Part shown: in pieces, positions 1 to 12,853 of the stretch
How positions within the stretch are numbered: position 1 is the first letter of the stretch
How the letters are laid out: every line of letters starts with the position of its first letter
Assembly: GCA_012295275.1 (NCBI GenBank)
Contig: CM022666.1
Span: 1,798,001 to 1,862,000, forward strand
Direction of reading: 5' to 3'
DNA length: 64,000 nt
Source of the DNA: Chrysomallon squamiferum
Taxonomy: Eukaryota > Animalia > Mollusca
Position numbers and translations under genes: made by a program
Notes under the pieces: model-generated
The model's database searches: none
The model's input: only the letters and a program-made list of their open reading frames with translations
What the model was told of the DNA's origin: nothing

Positions 1-244
1 AATAATACAATAAATTTAGTATAAATTCGTTATTCCTTGTACGTTAGGTTCATGTGTATGTCACACATGCGTATACCAGTCTGTACGTAAGTGAGTGCAT
101 GTGTGTATGTGTGCTTACATACACACACACACACGCACTCACACACACAAATACGCAAACATATGTACACTGTACGTACACGAACAAAATAAACTGAAAA
201 GAAATATTGAAATCTGACAGGTCAAAAGTAACGATAGCGAATTT

Positions 245-1521
245 TCACCAGGGAACAAACCAACCGTTAATCTGCGCATTTTTGGCCACGCACGTGTCTG
301 TGATTTCGTCATAGCAGAGGTCACCTGGACAGCTTGAGGTCAAAATGATGCCAGGGATACAGGTAATATATAAGCGACAGTCGAATGGGTGTTGAAGTCG
401 ATGCATAGGCTGGTATGAATCACAGATAGTGCCTGGAATGTTTGTAAATCTACATGGTAAAGTATTTTTCGTTGACGTAAAAAAACATGAGTGGTGCTGT
501 TGTTGGTTTTTCTTGACTGCGTGAAAGAGAGTTTAGCAATGCAAGGGAGGTAACTCGTATTAGACGGGAAAAGTAGTATGGGATAAGGTGGAATTTTCTT
601 CGAAATATATTAATGAAAAACATTAAAAAAAAAATTATAATAAAATGACAGAACCGAGCAGAAAGAAAAGTCATAAAAGGTAGTATAATTAAAATGCTGA
701 TAAGGAAACAAAGAAAAAAGAAAAAGGAGGAAAAGGATGAGAAAAAAACGAAGAAAAAAAGAAGAAAAAACAAACAAAGAGTCGAAAAAAGAAGACACTA
801 AAAAAAATTCTAAAAAAAATAAAATTAAATAAAAATAATAATAATAATAAAAATTTAAAGCAGAATAAACAAGCAGTATTAACCACCATTTCATACCTGG
901 CAGTACAAAAATGTCCTTGACCTCTGACACAGCGCTAGGCATTTCGGTTTCGCATCTGATCTCCGTGCCGTTCCAAGAGAGGTCAAAGGTCGTAGTTAGC
1001 TCCCTTTCCAGCGACAGCGAACAGGTGTCGTTTTGAGCTAGGATTTCTTTGTCGCCTGCGAAACTATGCTCTGCAAAGGTTGCCTCCCCTGGCTGCTTCA
1101 CAGACCAGTATATACGTCCTTCCGGTTCCACAAGTCCGCTGCATCTCAGAGTAACTGTTTGGTTTTCCTGGATGTCCGTTCGTACGTCTATGTTAACTGG
1201 AGATGTGGGGACTGAAACGAAACAATTTGAAAGTTTACGTTTATAATAATAATAATATGGATAGTAATAATAGTAGTAATAGTAATGGTAACAGTAATAA
1301 TTATAATAATAATAATTATAATAATAGTAAAAATAATAATAATAATATGGGTAGTAATAACAGTAGTAATAGTAATGGTAATAATAATAATTATAATAAT
1401 AACAGTAATAATAATAATAGTAATAATAATAATAATAATAATAATATGGGTAGTAATAATAGTAGTAATAGTAATAGTAATAATAATAATTATAATAACA
1501 ACAGTAATAATAATAATAATA

Positions 1522-1569
<48 letters not shown>

Positions 1570-1958
1570 GTAGTAATAATAATAGTAATAATAATAATCT
1601 CTATACTTACACGTCAGGTCCACAGATCCTATAGACCTCACACCAGTATTCGCGATACAGAAATACGTTCCGATGTCAAGACAGGTTATGTTTTTGAAAT
1701 CAACGTAGAAGTAAAATGTGTCCGGTCCTGTCTGATTCCTGCCCGGAGTGATGTTCGGCAGAAACACGTTATTAGTTCCGGTGACGGCGAAACCGGAAAC
1801 AGCCTTGAAGCCGGAGGTATTCGGACCTTTCCGGAAGAATCCGACCAACGCCCAGTTGGGTTCGCCGCTGAAGTAACAACCAAGTCGAGGACTGCTGTAC
1901 AAGTCGGCTGTAATGTTGTCCATCAGAATCACTGGAAGATAAAAAAATACATATTTTA

Positions 1959-2030
<72 letters not shown>

Positions 2031-5000
2031 CCCCCCATCACACAGACATACACACATATATTTGAATACAGAGAGACAGACAAAACAAACAAACAAACGC
2101 AAAATAAGCTCAAAAACACATACGGTCAGCCGAACGAAGGTAGATATATTAATTAGCACAACCTTTTAGAAAGTATGAGAATCTTAAAGTACTCACCCAC
2201 TGGTTTCATTGTCGTAGTTGGTGACGTTGTCGGTGACGTTGTCGGTGACGTTGTTGGTGATGTTGTTGGAGATGTCGTTGGTGATGTTGTTGGAGATGTC
2301 GTTGGAGATGTTGTCGGTGACGTTGTTGGCGATGTTGTTGGTGATGTTGTTGGAGATGTCGTTGGTGATGTTGGTGGTGATGTAGGAGAAGTTGTCGGTG
2401 ACGTTGTTGGTGATGTTGTCGGTGACGTTGTTGGAGATGTTGGTGACGTTGTTGGTGATGTTGTTGGAGATGTTGTTGGAGATGTCGTTGGTGATGTTGT
2501 AGGAGAAGTTGGAGATGTTGTGGGAGAAGTTGTCGGTGACGTTGTTGGTGATGTGGGTGACGTTGTCGGTGATGTTGTAGGAGAAGTTGGTGATGTTGTG
2601 GATGAAGTTGGAGATGTTGTGGGAGAAGTTGTTGGTGACGTTGTTGGTGATGTTGTGGGTGACGTTGTCGGTGATGTTGTAGGAGAAGTTGGAGATGTCG
2701 TGGGAGAAGTTGGAGACGTTGTTGGAGATGTTGTAGGAGAAGTTGTTGGTGACGTTGTTGGTGACGTTGTTGGTGATGTTGTCGGTGACGTTGTTGGTGA
2801 CGTTGTTGGTGATGTTGTCGGTGACGTTGTTGGTGACGTTGTTGGTGATGTTGTCGGTGACGTTGTTGGTGACGTTGTTGGAGACGTTGTAGGAGACGTT
2901 GTTGGTGATGTTGTCGGTGACGTTGTTGGTGACGTTGTTGGTGATGTTGTCGGTGACGTTGTTGGTGACGTTGTTGGAGACGTAGGAGACGTTGTTGGTG
3001 ATGTTGTCGGTGACGTTGTTGGAGACGTTGTTGGTGACGTTGTATGAGACATTGTTGGAGTAGATAGTAGGATTGCTGATGAAGTGTCTGCTGAAATTGG
3101 ATTCAGTGACGTTGCTGTTTGCTCTGCAATATTAAAGAATAAAAAATGTTTTACTTTATTAAATACATTTTATTTTATTAAATATGTCTTTTAATTTATT
3201 AAACCCGTCTTAATTCGTTAAGATATATTTAAATGTATTAGACATACTTGAATTAACATACATGTATACATACATATATACACATCTACACACATACATA
3301 CAAACGCAAACATAGAAAATATATATATATATATATATCGTTTTATTCCAAGTCATACATAAAAATAATTAATGAACTATACCTGTTGAAATGGAAGTCA
3401 TATTTTCACCTTTTAACCCGTAATGTTCAGTATCTGAAACTAAATAAATAAATAAAATAACAAACAAACAAATAAACAAACAAACAAAACACAAATAAAT
3501 AAATAAATAAATAAATACTACATTAATATTTATTGCCTATTATATTATCTATTTTTATTTTTTTATTTTTTTTATTTTTTTATTTTATTATTACTATTAG
3601 TATTCTTCTTCTTTTTTATTGTTTTTTTCTTTTTTTAAGTCATATTTATTAATGTAATTCTCTTTCTGACTTTATTTATTTAAACCCTTAATTCATCGAA
3701 CAACATAACATACAGTCTATACTCACCCTGAACTTTCAACGTAACAAAACATTTAAACAACAAAAATTCAAAGCAACATAGCAAGCAGAGAAGCATAGCG
3801 ACAACAAACCGGTGTCGAGGATTTTTCTTACCTGTTTCTATAACTAATGATGGCGACAGGTCTGAAATGGAAAATGTTTGCATGGACAATGATTCATGGG
3901 CAAGTTCTGAAGATGCATGAAAAGAGCTTAGTAATTTTGTCTCTAGAGCGAAGACGTCACCTGGTGACGTTTTACTGATGCTGCTGTCCAGAACTGATGG
4001 CGTAGGTGTCTCAGAGATTGCTGTTGCAGACAGCATCGATGACGTCATCCTGTTCAGACTGGACTGCTGTGGTGTGAATATTTCCAAAGTCGCTGTTATC
4101 CGATTCGTTGATGCTATACTAGATGATATTATCATTTGTTCAGTTGATGTTATACTTGATGATATTATCATTAGTTCAGTTGATGCTATACTAGATGATA
4201 TTATCATCTGATCAATTGATGCTATACTTGATAATATCTTTTGTTCAATTGATGCTATACTAGATGATACTATCATTTGTTCAGATGATGCTATACTAGA
4301 TGATACTATTATTTGTTCAGCTGATGCTATACTAGATGATATTATCATTTGTTCAGTTGATGCCATACTAGATGATATTATCATTTGTTCAGTTGATGCT
4401 ATATTAGATGATATCATTTGTTCAGCTGATGCTATACTAGATGATATTATCATTTGATCAGTTGATGCTATACTAGGTGATATTATCATTTGTTCAGTTG
4501 ATGCTATACTAGATGATATTATCATTTGTTCAGTTGATGCCATACTAGATGATATTATCATTTGTTCAGTTGATGCCATACTAGATGATATCATTTGTTC
4601 AGCTGATGCTATACTAGATGATATTATCATTTGATCAGTTGATGCTATACTAGATGATACTAGTATTTGTTCAGCTGATGCTATACTAGATGATATTATC
4701 ATTTGTTCAGTTGATGCTATACTAGATGATATTATCATTTGTTCAGTTGATGCCATACTAGATGATATTATCATTTGTTCAGTTGATGCTATACTAGATG
4801 ATATCATTTGTTCAGCTGATGCTATACTAGATGATATCATTTGTTCAGTTGATGCTATACTAGATGATATCATTTGTTCAGCTGATGCTATACTAGATGA
4901 TATTATCATTTGTTCAGTTGATGCCATACTAGATGCTATACTTGATAGTATCATTATTTGTTCAGTTGATGCCATACTAGATGCTATACTTGATGGTATT

Positions 5001-8000
5001 ATCATTTCTTCAGTTGATGATATACTAGATGATATCATTTGTTCAGCTGATGCTATACTAGATGATATTATCATTTCTTCAGTTGATGATATACTAGATG
5101 CTATACTTGATAGTATCATTATTTGTTCAGTTGATGCTATACTATATGATATTATCATTTGTTCAGTTGATGATATACTAGATGCTATACTTGATGGTAT
5201 TATCATTTCTTCAGTTGATGATGTACTAGATGGTTTCATTGTATTTTCTGTTGACTTTAGATCATTAACTAAAACTGGATTTGATGATAAAACAGTCAAG
5301 GCACTAGAAGAAGAGCCTGAACTGGATGTTAACAATGAGAACGCATCCAATGTGGTAAAAACAAGTTGAGGGGTTGTTTCTACAACCGATGTCATAGTTA
5401 GAATTATTTGTGATGTATGTATGGAATGTTCTGGTGCGTGTAATGAAATAGTAACTCTTGCACTGGACCGATCTGATCCTGATCCATCGGTGGACAAAGG
5501 CGAAGAATGAACAGTTGTGTCTTTAGACAGCATCGATGAAAAGTACAGGTCTGTAAATGAACTTGGTATCGAGCTTATTTCTACTATTAACGAAGTTCTG
5601 TCTTCCATTGTTGATGCAGACAGAAGAGGTATATCAACAGTAGCAACAGTGTGTGGTGTCTCTGTTTCCATACCTGTTGATGCAGACTGTGCACTTGAAT
5701 CAATGTATACACTAGAAAATAATAAATCTGACTGCGGTGTTGATGAAGAATCGTCTGAATTGATTATTTCCGATGACTGAAGAACTAACGTTGAGGATAA
5801 AGCTGAAACATTTTCATTTATTATAAAAGACGATACTTTAGGATCAGGTCCAACAGTGGAAGATAATGATGTATCCGTGGATGATGAATCAGGAGTGTGA
5901 AACACAGGTTCAGATGCTGACATTGTTGAGGATGATGATGGTAATGATAATGATTGTTGATTCTCATGTATCACTGATGATAATGATAATTCAAATACTG
6001 ATGATGACTCGAGTGCTGACCCGGAGGATGATAACTCAACTTGAATGGTCTTGAACTGTGATTCTGTCAAATGATTTCCGAATCTAGACAATGACTCACT
6101 TTCTGATATCACAGATGAAGTCCAGTCTGACACAGATGAAATAAAACCAAGTTCTGTAACCGTGGAAGTAAACTGCTTTGTGTGAAATTCGGACTGATAC
6201 GATTTATTTATTTCATTAATTGACGATGATTCAAGCCAGAGAGTGAAGGACAACGCTCCATCCTTACCTGCTGACTGTTCTGTTTTGTCTACAACCAATA
6301 TTTTAGTTGAGGACAGCTCTGTATCCTGGAGAAGTGAAGAAGAAGATATTTCCACAGATGAAGTCTTCGTTGGTGTTTGAAATGATGCCAGTGTAGAGTA
6401 TGACGTTGTGAGATCGGTTTGGACAGAATTCATTTCTGAACTGACCGTCCAAGGCGAGGTATGACTTGCTACAGAACTGAGTAACGAGAGAACGCTTTCA
6501 GTGAGAGTTTGAGAATCCTGCAGTAAAGAACTGGAGCTTGTATCTGTCAAGGTGGTTATTACCGTAAACCGACTGGGTAAAATAGATACAAACGTACTCT
6601 CTTCTTTCAAAGCTGTACTAGACTTTACTGCCTCGTGTACACTTACTGGGTCACCTATCTCATAAGAAGACTCATACAGGAAATTATCAGATTCGGCTGA
6701 TAAAAGGTTTATACTTGAAGATGGTAAAATATCCAGTTGTTCAGAAGACATCGTTTCGAGTGATGTGGACTCGTAAATGGAATACGACAGAAACACGTCT
6801 GTCTGTGCCGTGGTTTTAACCGAATTCCTTGCTGATGTCCTGGTATCCGTTGAAAATTCGGTTACATTAGGAAACAAGATTCTTGTCGACTCAGATTCCA
6901 TGGCTGTAGTCGTGACTGCTGAAGTTTTCACTGATAATTCGCTAGATTTTACAGATGAAAATATTTCGGTATGTTTTACAGATGAAAATATTTCGGTATG
7001 TTTTACAGATGAAAATATTTCGGTATGTTTTACAGATGAAAATATTTCGCTAGGTTTTTCTGATGAAAATATTTCGCTAGAACTGGAATCAAGAACGACT
7101 GAAGATGTAATTATCTCTTCATTGAGTATCTGAGTTTTCTCTTCAGTTAAATGCTGCGCTGTTTTCGAATCGAACGGACCTCCCAAAGTAACTGTACTGA
7201 GTGAATCAGACGAATCTACTGAAATAGTTACTGATTTATCCCAAGAAAGAAAATTACTTACTAAACTGTCAAGTGAATTCAGCTGACTTACAGAAATGTC
7301 CTGTGAACTCAAACGATTTAGTGAACTCTCTACTGACTTTAACTGATTCAGTGAAGTGTCCAGTGACATCATCTGACTCAAAGAAGTGTCTACTGACATC
7401 ATCTGACTCAAAGAAGTGTCTAATGACATCACCTGACTCACTGAAGTGTCTACTGACACCATTTGGTTTACTGAAGTGTCTACTGACATCATTTGACTCA
7501 AAGAAGTGTCTAGTGACATCATCTGACTCAAAGAAGTGTCTAGTGACATCATCTGATTCAAAGAAGTGTATAGTGACATCATCTGACTCAAAGAAGTGTC
7601 TAGTGACATCATCTGACTCAAAGAACTGTCTACTGACATCATTTGACTCAAAGAAGTGTCTAATGACATCATCTGACTCAGTGAAGTGTCTTCTGACATC
7701 ATTTGACTCAAAGAAGTGTCTAATGACATCATCTGACTCAAAGAAGTGTCTTCTGACATCATTTGATTCAAAGAAGTGTCTAGTGACATCATTTGACTCA
7801 TAGAAGTGTCTACTGACATTATCTGACTCACTGGAGTATTTAGAGAAGCTGTTTGACTTACTAAGTTCCCTAGTTTACTAAACTGAATTGTCCCCGATAT
7901 CACTGTTTTATACGGTTCTACTGTAGACATTTCTAACTCTACGGACGTCCTGGATGACTGTAATTGCATTACTGATGAAACCAAAACTCTTGATTTCGAA

Positions 8001-9088
8001 GACGACGTCGTTGTTTCATAATAAAATACAGATTGTGAGTTTCCAACTGACGTGACGAATTGGTTTGCTCTGGTAACCGTCTCATCGGGTTTTGTTCTGT
8101 AAGAATATAAAGAGACTGAGACGCTTTCTTCAGAAACGTACGACATTATTTTAACTGTTTCTGAGAGAGACGATAGCAAAGCTGTTGACTGAACTGAACG
8201 AGGTATTATCGTTTCAAGAGTTTCGGAAAATCGCGAGCTTGAAGACCCAGCAACGTCTACTAAAGAAGATATTAATGTTTCTGTTATTTCTGCTACCGGT
8301 GAAGATAATGAAAGAGAGATGCTTGCTTTGGACTGCGACATATTTTCGTCTTTTACTACTGACGATGACTGTAGCAAAAAGTCATCACTGACTGAGTCCA
8401 CAGTAAACGCAGTCGCAGTTTCATCGTCAAATGTTAATGTTTTGTACTTCGATTTCGATGGCAACAAAATCTTTTCGTCCGACGTGTGATAACGTATGGA
8501 ATCTTTGATCGAGGAACTAGGATAGTTCACTAAGCTTAGCGTATTTTGAGACAATGTTTCTGAAACGGGTTTGTTTGAAAAGGAGGAGAGTGTTAAAGAT
8601 GCTTCACTGATGGACAAAGATTTTGACGTCCCTTTCCTGGACGAGTTTTGCCATCTCTTCACAGTCTGCACGTTTAAACTAGAAAACTTTTCGCTGGATT
8701 CTCGAATTCTTGATCCGCGGATTAAATCTGTTCCACCATGGCTCGCTAACTTGGCTGAAAATAAGGGGAACATAGAACGTGTGTGTTCGTTTTAAAAGAT
8801 CTTAGCGGAAAAAACCAACTCTTTGCTGCCTTCTCATAAACAGGTAGAGCCGCAGATCCACGGATACACAACAGTCAAAAATAGTGCAAAAATGTGTGAA
8901 AATGAACATGCAAACGAATAAAGAAGATGACGATGTAATGATGATGATGACAATGATATGATGACGAAGATAGAAAGATATAAAGAGTAAGAGTTTATTG
9001 CAAAAATAAAGAAATAGAACATGAAAGCAATATATACAACAGAAAAGAAGTAAGCAAAGCTAGATTAATATACTACTACTACTACTAC

Positions 9089-9134
<46 letters not shown>

Positions 9135-9323
9135 TTCAGCAATAAAGATTATTTCCACAGCGTATTATGTATATATGACTGGAATCATAATGCACACGTA
9201 GTGTCTGGTTTTGACAAAATTACAGAAATAATCAGAATTTAAAGTTTGTTGAAATTGTTGAGACTTATTAACCTAAATGTATTTTATTTTATTTTATTAA
9301 TTAATTTATTTATTTATTTTATT

Positions 9324-9370
<47 letters not shown>

Positions 9371-9411
9371 TTTTATCTATATAAGTGTCTGTTTATCTAT
9401 CTATCTATCTA

Positions 9412-9467
<56 letters not shown>

Positions 9468-10275
9468 ACTGTCTGTCTGTCTGTCTATTTATCTATCTAT
9501 CTGTCTATCAGTCAGTCTATCTTTTTTTCTATCATCTTAATCAATAAATCTTCTCACAAATAATTTGATTGTTAAAATGAATAATTCCCGATTTTTGCAG
9601 TTCTTTACTATAGTTCTCACTAAGCAGTTATTTAAAGGGAATTGTCAACTGATCTGGCTCCATCTTTAAGAGTTAATATAACGCTTTCATTGCAATTATT
9701 CTTTATTTTCCATACATTATATATTATAACGGTAACCGCCTTCCATGTCGATTATATATAGATATAAATATAGATATCTATTACTTATTATTTAATTTCC
9801 AAAAGTAATACTTTTGTTGTGGAATCTGCTTTATTTCCAATTCTGCGTCTCCAAAATCTACAGGAGACAGATATGTATGTATGACGTATTCCCTTTACAT
9901 TTCCCGTAGCGCTACAGCAAAAAGCTTAGGGTGAATTACACGCTGGTTAAAGTGACTCTTACCTGTTTTATTCAAAACGCTGTATAGAATAGCTCCAGTC
10001 ACGCTGGCAAGAACTGCCAACAAGCCAATCAGCAGAAACACGAGTACCAGAGTATTTCTGCGTCGATTGTTCCCTTTCTCCGGCACTGACGTAATAGTGG
10101 AAAACGATTCCGTTCCGTTGATTCGCTCGATGTAATAAGGGTCAAGGTCATCCGTCTTGTAATGGGAAGAAGCGGAATCTGATTGGCTGAAATCTCCGTG
10201 GTAATTCGCTGCGGTGCTGCCCAACAGGTTTCCGGTATTATGCAATCCCGAGTTGTACCGAAGTGCCGGCTGGAA

Positions 10276-10345
<70 letters not shown>

Positions 10346-11013
10346 ATACAAAAATAAACAAACAAGCAAACAAGCAAACAAATAAATAAATAAATAAAAA
10401 TAAATAAATAAATAAATATTAAAAAGTTATTATAAAACAAAATAAATAAATATATCGACGTTATTTAATTTGCTTACAAAAAACCATTTCATATTAATGA
10501 CTCAATTAATGCATTCTTAGCTAATCTTTCAACACATTTTATGGACCGTTTCCTGGTGACAAATCCAATAAAATCTTAATACAAACAGTAGAAGATCTTT
10601 GTGTCCATCATTCCTTACGAAAGTGTGTGTTATCTGACATTCATCAGCTCTGATTAGAATGGAAAATAATCATAAAGTATACCTAATTATCTGATAACAG
10701 ATAATTGCAAAAAAAAAAAAAAAATCCAAATTTTTCATTTGTCTTTCGGCTGCAAAAATATTTGTTGAAATGTGGCCTAGATTATTGCTTCCGTTATAAA
10801 AGTCGAGCAGAGAACCAATAAATATTTTATTACTTTCTTTCCATGAATTAGTTTGACTCAAACAATGTATGTATGACATTATGTAAGAATTTTAACATGG
10901 AAAATATTTTACAGGATAAGAATCTTAATTTAGATCATCATTATCATCATTCTCTTTATCGTCCTCGTTTTCATCATTATCATCATCACCATCACCATTA
11001 TGATGATCATCAA

Positions 11014-11076
<63 letters not shown>

Positions 11077-12804
11077 GTAACTGTTTTTGTTGTCGTTTAT
11101 GAAAACATTCACACTTTATATCTAGTAGTTATTTCTCTCTCAGTTTATATTTAGATGATTCAGTTCGTTCAGTAAGTTTAGATGTATCATTAGAAAACTT
11201 AATAAATTAACTTCACTAGACACCTGAGACTGCTTAACTCTATAACCACTAATTAAACTGGCTTCACTAGACACTTGAGCAAGATCCTTCGCTAAATCGC
11301 TTAGGTTTAGTAGACACTGTTCGGTAAATAAACTTCACTAGACACTTCAGTAATAAAAAAAAAAAAAAAATGTAATTAAATTAGCTTCTCTAGAAATTCA
11401 GTAATTAAATTAGCTTCAGTAACTAAACTACCTTTGAAATGTCAGTAACAACTAAAGTATCTTCACTAGACACTTCAGTAACTAAATTAGGTTCGCAAAA
11501 CACTTTAATAACTAAAATGGTGTCACTAGACAGGTAACTAAATCAGATTACTTCACTAGACAGTTCCGTCGATAGATTTCACTAGAAATCCAGACAGATC
11601 GATTTATCGGCCATCTTGAAAAAAACACGATTCTGCGTTTCTATCATTTTTTTTTTTTTTTTTTTTTAATTTTCATTTACAAACACTAAATTTTAAACTT
11701 TAAGTTTATATTATTTTAATTCCATAGATATGCAGGAATACAAAAACTACCAAAATCATTTTACGCAAAAATTATAATTATATATTATTTAAGATGCCAT
11801 TTGCAATAAATAAAAAATATTTAAATACAAAATACTGTTTATGAGAGACAACTAACTATTTGTAACATAAACATTATGGTTATATATATATATATGTATC
11901 TTAATTTTCTTTTTTTTTCTTTATTTATTTATTTTTTTTTTTTATTTATTTTTTTTTTTTTTATATATTTTTTTTTTTTTTTTTTTTTTTTTCTAAGAAA
12001 TCTTAAAAAAGATACATTTTTTTTACAAATTATAAATAAATATGTGAATTACTTGGAGGTAGGGAGGTTCCTGTCTTGCCAGTGGCTTCAGACGAAGACT
12101 TAGATATGATAATGAGATGATTTGTGTCCTAACAGCAGAAAGTAACAACTGTTTTTTATTTCATAATTATACGTTTCCTGCTATGTCCTCCGAATTGTAC
12201 TTTTTCATCATCATTATCATCGTCATCGTCATCATCATCATCATTATTATTATTATTTATTATTTATTATTATTATTATTTATTTATTTATTATTTATTA
12301 TTTATTATTATTATTTATTTATTTATTTTTATTTTTTATTTTTATTTTATTATTATTATTATTATTATTTTATTATTTATTATTATTATTATTATTATTA
12401 TTGCTATTAAATTTGTTGATTTTATTGATATTGATACTGTTTTTATTAATGTTATTACTACAACTATTATAATTATAATCATTGTTTAGTTATTGTTGCC
12501 ATTATTGCTTTTCTTATTATTATTATTAATTGTTGTTGTTACTATTTTTAATATATAGATATATAAATTGTTTGCTTTTTATTTCTCTTTTTTATGCTTT
12601 GTGAAGAGAATTGTGGAGAAAAAAGAAAGATAAAGAAATTATTTAAATTATTAACGTAATGAGTGCAGAACACATCATCATACATACGTTTAATAAAAAA
12701 ATTTTAAATACAACGAAAAAAACAAATATGCTAAAATTTAATAATATATTCTTTGAAACTGTATTAAAAATTTGTTTCTGGATTCTATTAAAAACCGGAC
12801 ATTT

Positions 12805-12853
<49 letters not shown>

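Noticed and set aside
610-1932. 440-aa ORF with poly-Tyr tract
   Set aside because: It reads through a (TAA)n intron; only 1611-1931 and 897-1211 are real exons.
2175-3047. Plus-strand (GDVV)n ORF
   Set aside because: Antisense shadow of the SPTT exon; splice sites and neighbouring exons support the minus strand.
7273-7803. Plus-strand Cys-repeat ORF (SSDSKKCL)n
   Set aside because: Antisense frame of the 30-bp coding minisatellite; no independent gene signals.
4110-7830. 30-33-bp repeats resembling a CRISPR array
   Set aside because: Head-to-tail tandem units with no unique spacers, inside a eukaryotic coding exon; no cas genes.
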